Shown: positions 63,188-64,000 of the stretch, one piece after another | How positions within the stretch are numbered: the first letter of the stretch is position 1 | Layout of the letters: the number at the start of each line of letters is the position of its first letter | Source: Phoronis australis | Taxonomy: Eukaryota > Animalia > Phoronida | Direction of reading: 5' to 3' | DNA length: 64,000 bases | Assembly (NCBI GenBank): GCA_002633005.1 | Contig: NMRA01000465.1 | Coordinates: 222,472-286,471, forward strand | Notes under the pieces: generated by a model | What the model was told of the DNA's origin: nothing | What the model saw: the letters and a program-made list of their open reading frames with translations, nothing else | Database searches by the model: none | Made by a program: the position numbers and the translations under genes

Positions 63188-63810
63188 TAGATTATTACAT
63201 GGCGAAGTCGTTATCCCCCGTTATCTAGAGCCCGAGTGGATTTTGGAGAATTATCGCCCGAGGGGCGTTAGACCCGAGAGTGATAATTCTCCAAAATCCA
63301 CGAGGGCTCTAGATAAGAGGGATAACGGCTGAGAACATGTAATAATCTATTTATACCACATACTAAACGAGGAACATTGCAATGAATCGATTTACCTTTC
63401 CTGACTCTTCACGGCTTTGTAACTACTTTCTATGTCAGAGACCCGGGGTCGGAGGTCGTGACCTTTTAAGAAAAGCCGGGCTATTTTTGTCAAATAATGC
63501 TTTTACTCAAAACCAATTGAAAACTTAAATATAATAGAAATAAATTGAATTTATAAATTAAGGTTTACCAACTATTATAGCTTAAAACACGTTATTTTCG
63601 TGCTAAGTTTCGACCAGGAAATTATCGTCTGCTAAAGTAGGTTACCACTGGTAACTGAATATAATTCTAAAGTCAAAGGTCCTGACGACACGATACCCGC
63701 ATTCAAACTGTAGATCGGTGATTTACAAGTAAGAGGACATGAGATAAAATTTTCACTGAATTAAGATATCATTTTTATGGAAATTATGTGTCTTATTTTT
63801 CGTAGCGTAT
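63188..63810 (-). repeat. Dispersed repeat with a terminal ~160-bp hairpin (63188-63349)
   Basis: TAGATTATTACATG..TTATCTAGAGCCC..GGATTTTGGAGAATTATC pairs with GATAATTCTCCAAAATCC..GGGCTCTAGATAA..CATGTAATAATCTA; the rest matches 35650-36190 inverted. Confidence 0.8.
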
Positions 63811-64000
63811 TAGTACAGTACAATGCGGTTTGTTGAACATGCGATTATTGCGCGTGCTCATTTAAGTATTCTATTTTCACTCTTGATGACGTCAGTCGCT
63901 GCATGGTGTAGTGGTAAAGTCGGCGACCAGCAATTTCAAGGTACCAGTTTCCCGCCAAATCGTTATCTCACTAGTGAGACAACTTTATGGGTTATTACAC

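Noticed and set aside
63890-63960. Possible tRNA or tRNA-derived SINE head (TGGTGTAGTGG A-box)
   Set aside because: No convincing B-box or cloverleaf.

Overview
AT-rich metazoan (marine invertebrate-like) genomic DNA with spliced genes and one assembly gap (29947-30721). By reading GT-AG boundaries and checking exon phases I could reconstruct four protein-coding genes. (1) The 5' 12 exons of a large secreted or cell-surface Cys-rich repeat protein (minus strand, runs off the left edge). (2) A five-exon ~230-aa BRICHOS-domain precursor that the ORF track shows only as disconnected pieces; it lacks one canonical BRICHOS cysteine and ends in a cysteine-free amphipathic beta-hairpin-like peptide. 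(3) An uninterrupted ~708-aa multi-pass membrane protein of no recognisable family. (4) An 11+-exon astacin metalloprotease (signal-pro-astacin-EGF-4xShKT) with non-canonical active-site motifs (HQH, SVMHF). Introns and intergenic DNA carry many mobile elements: TTAA-flanked Kolobok-like elements (one with a THAP remnant), decayed Academ-like transposase/XPG fragments, several LINE fragments (one flanked by a 234-bp duplication), MITEs, hairpin repeats, and a 42-unit self-complementary 19-bp minisatellite. All family assignments come from motifs read by eye; no database search was run.
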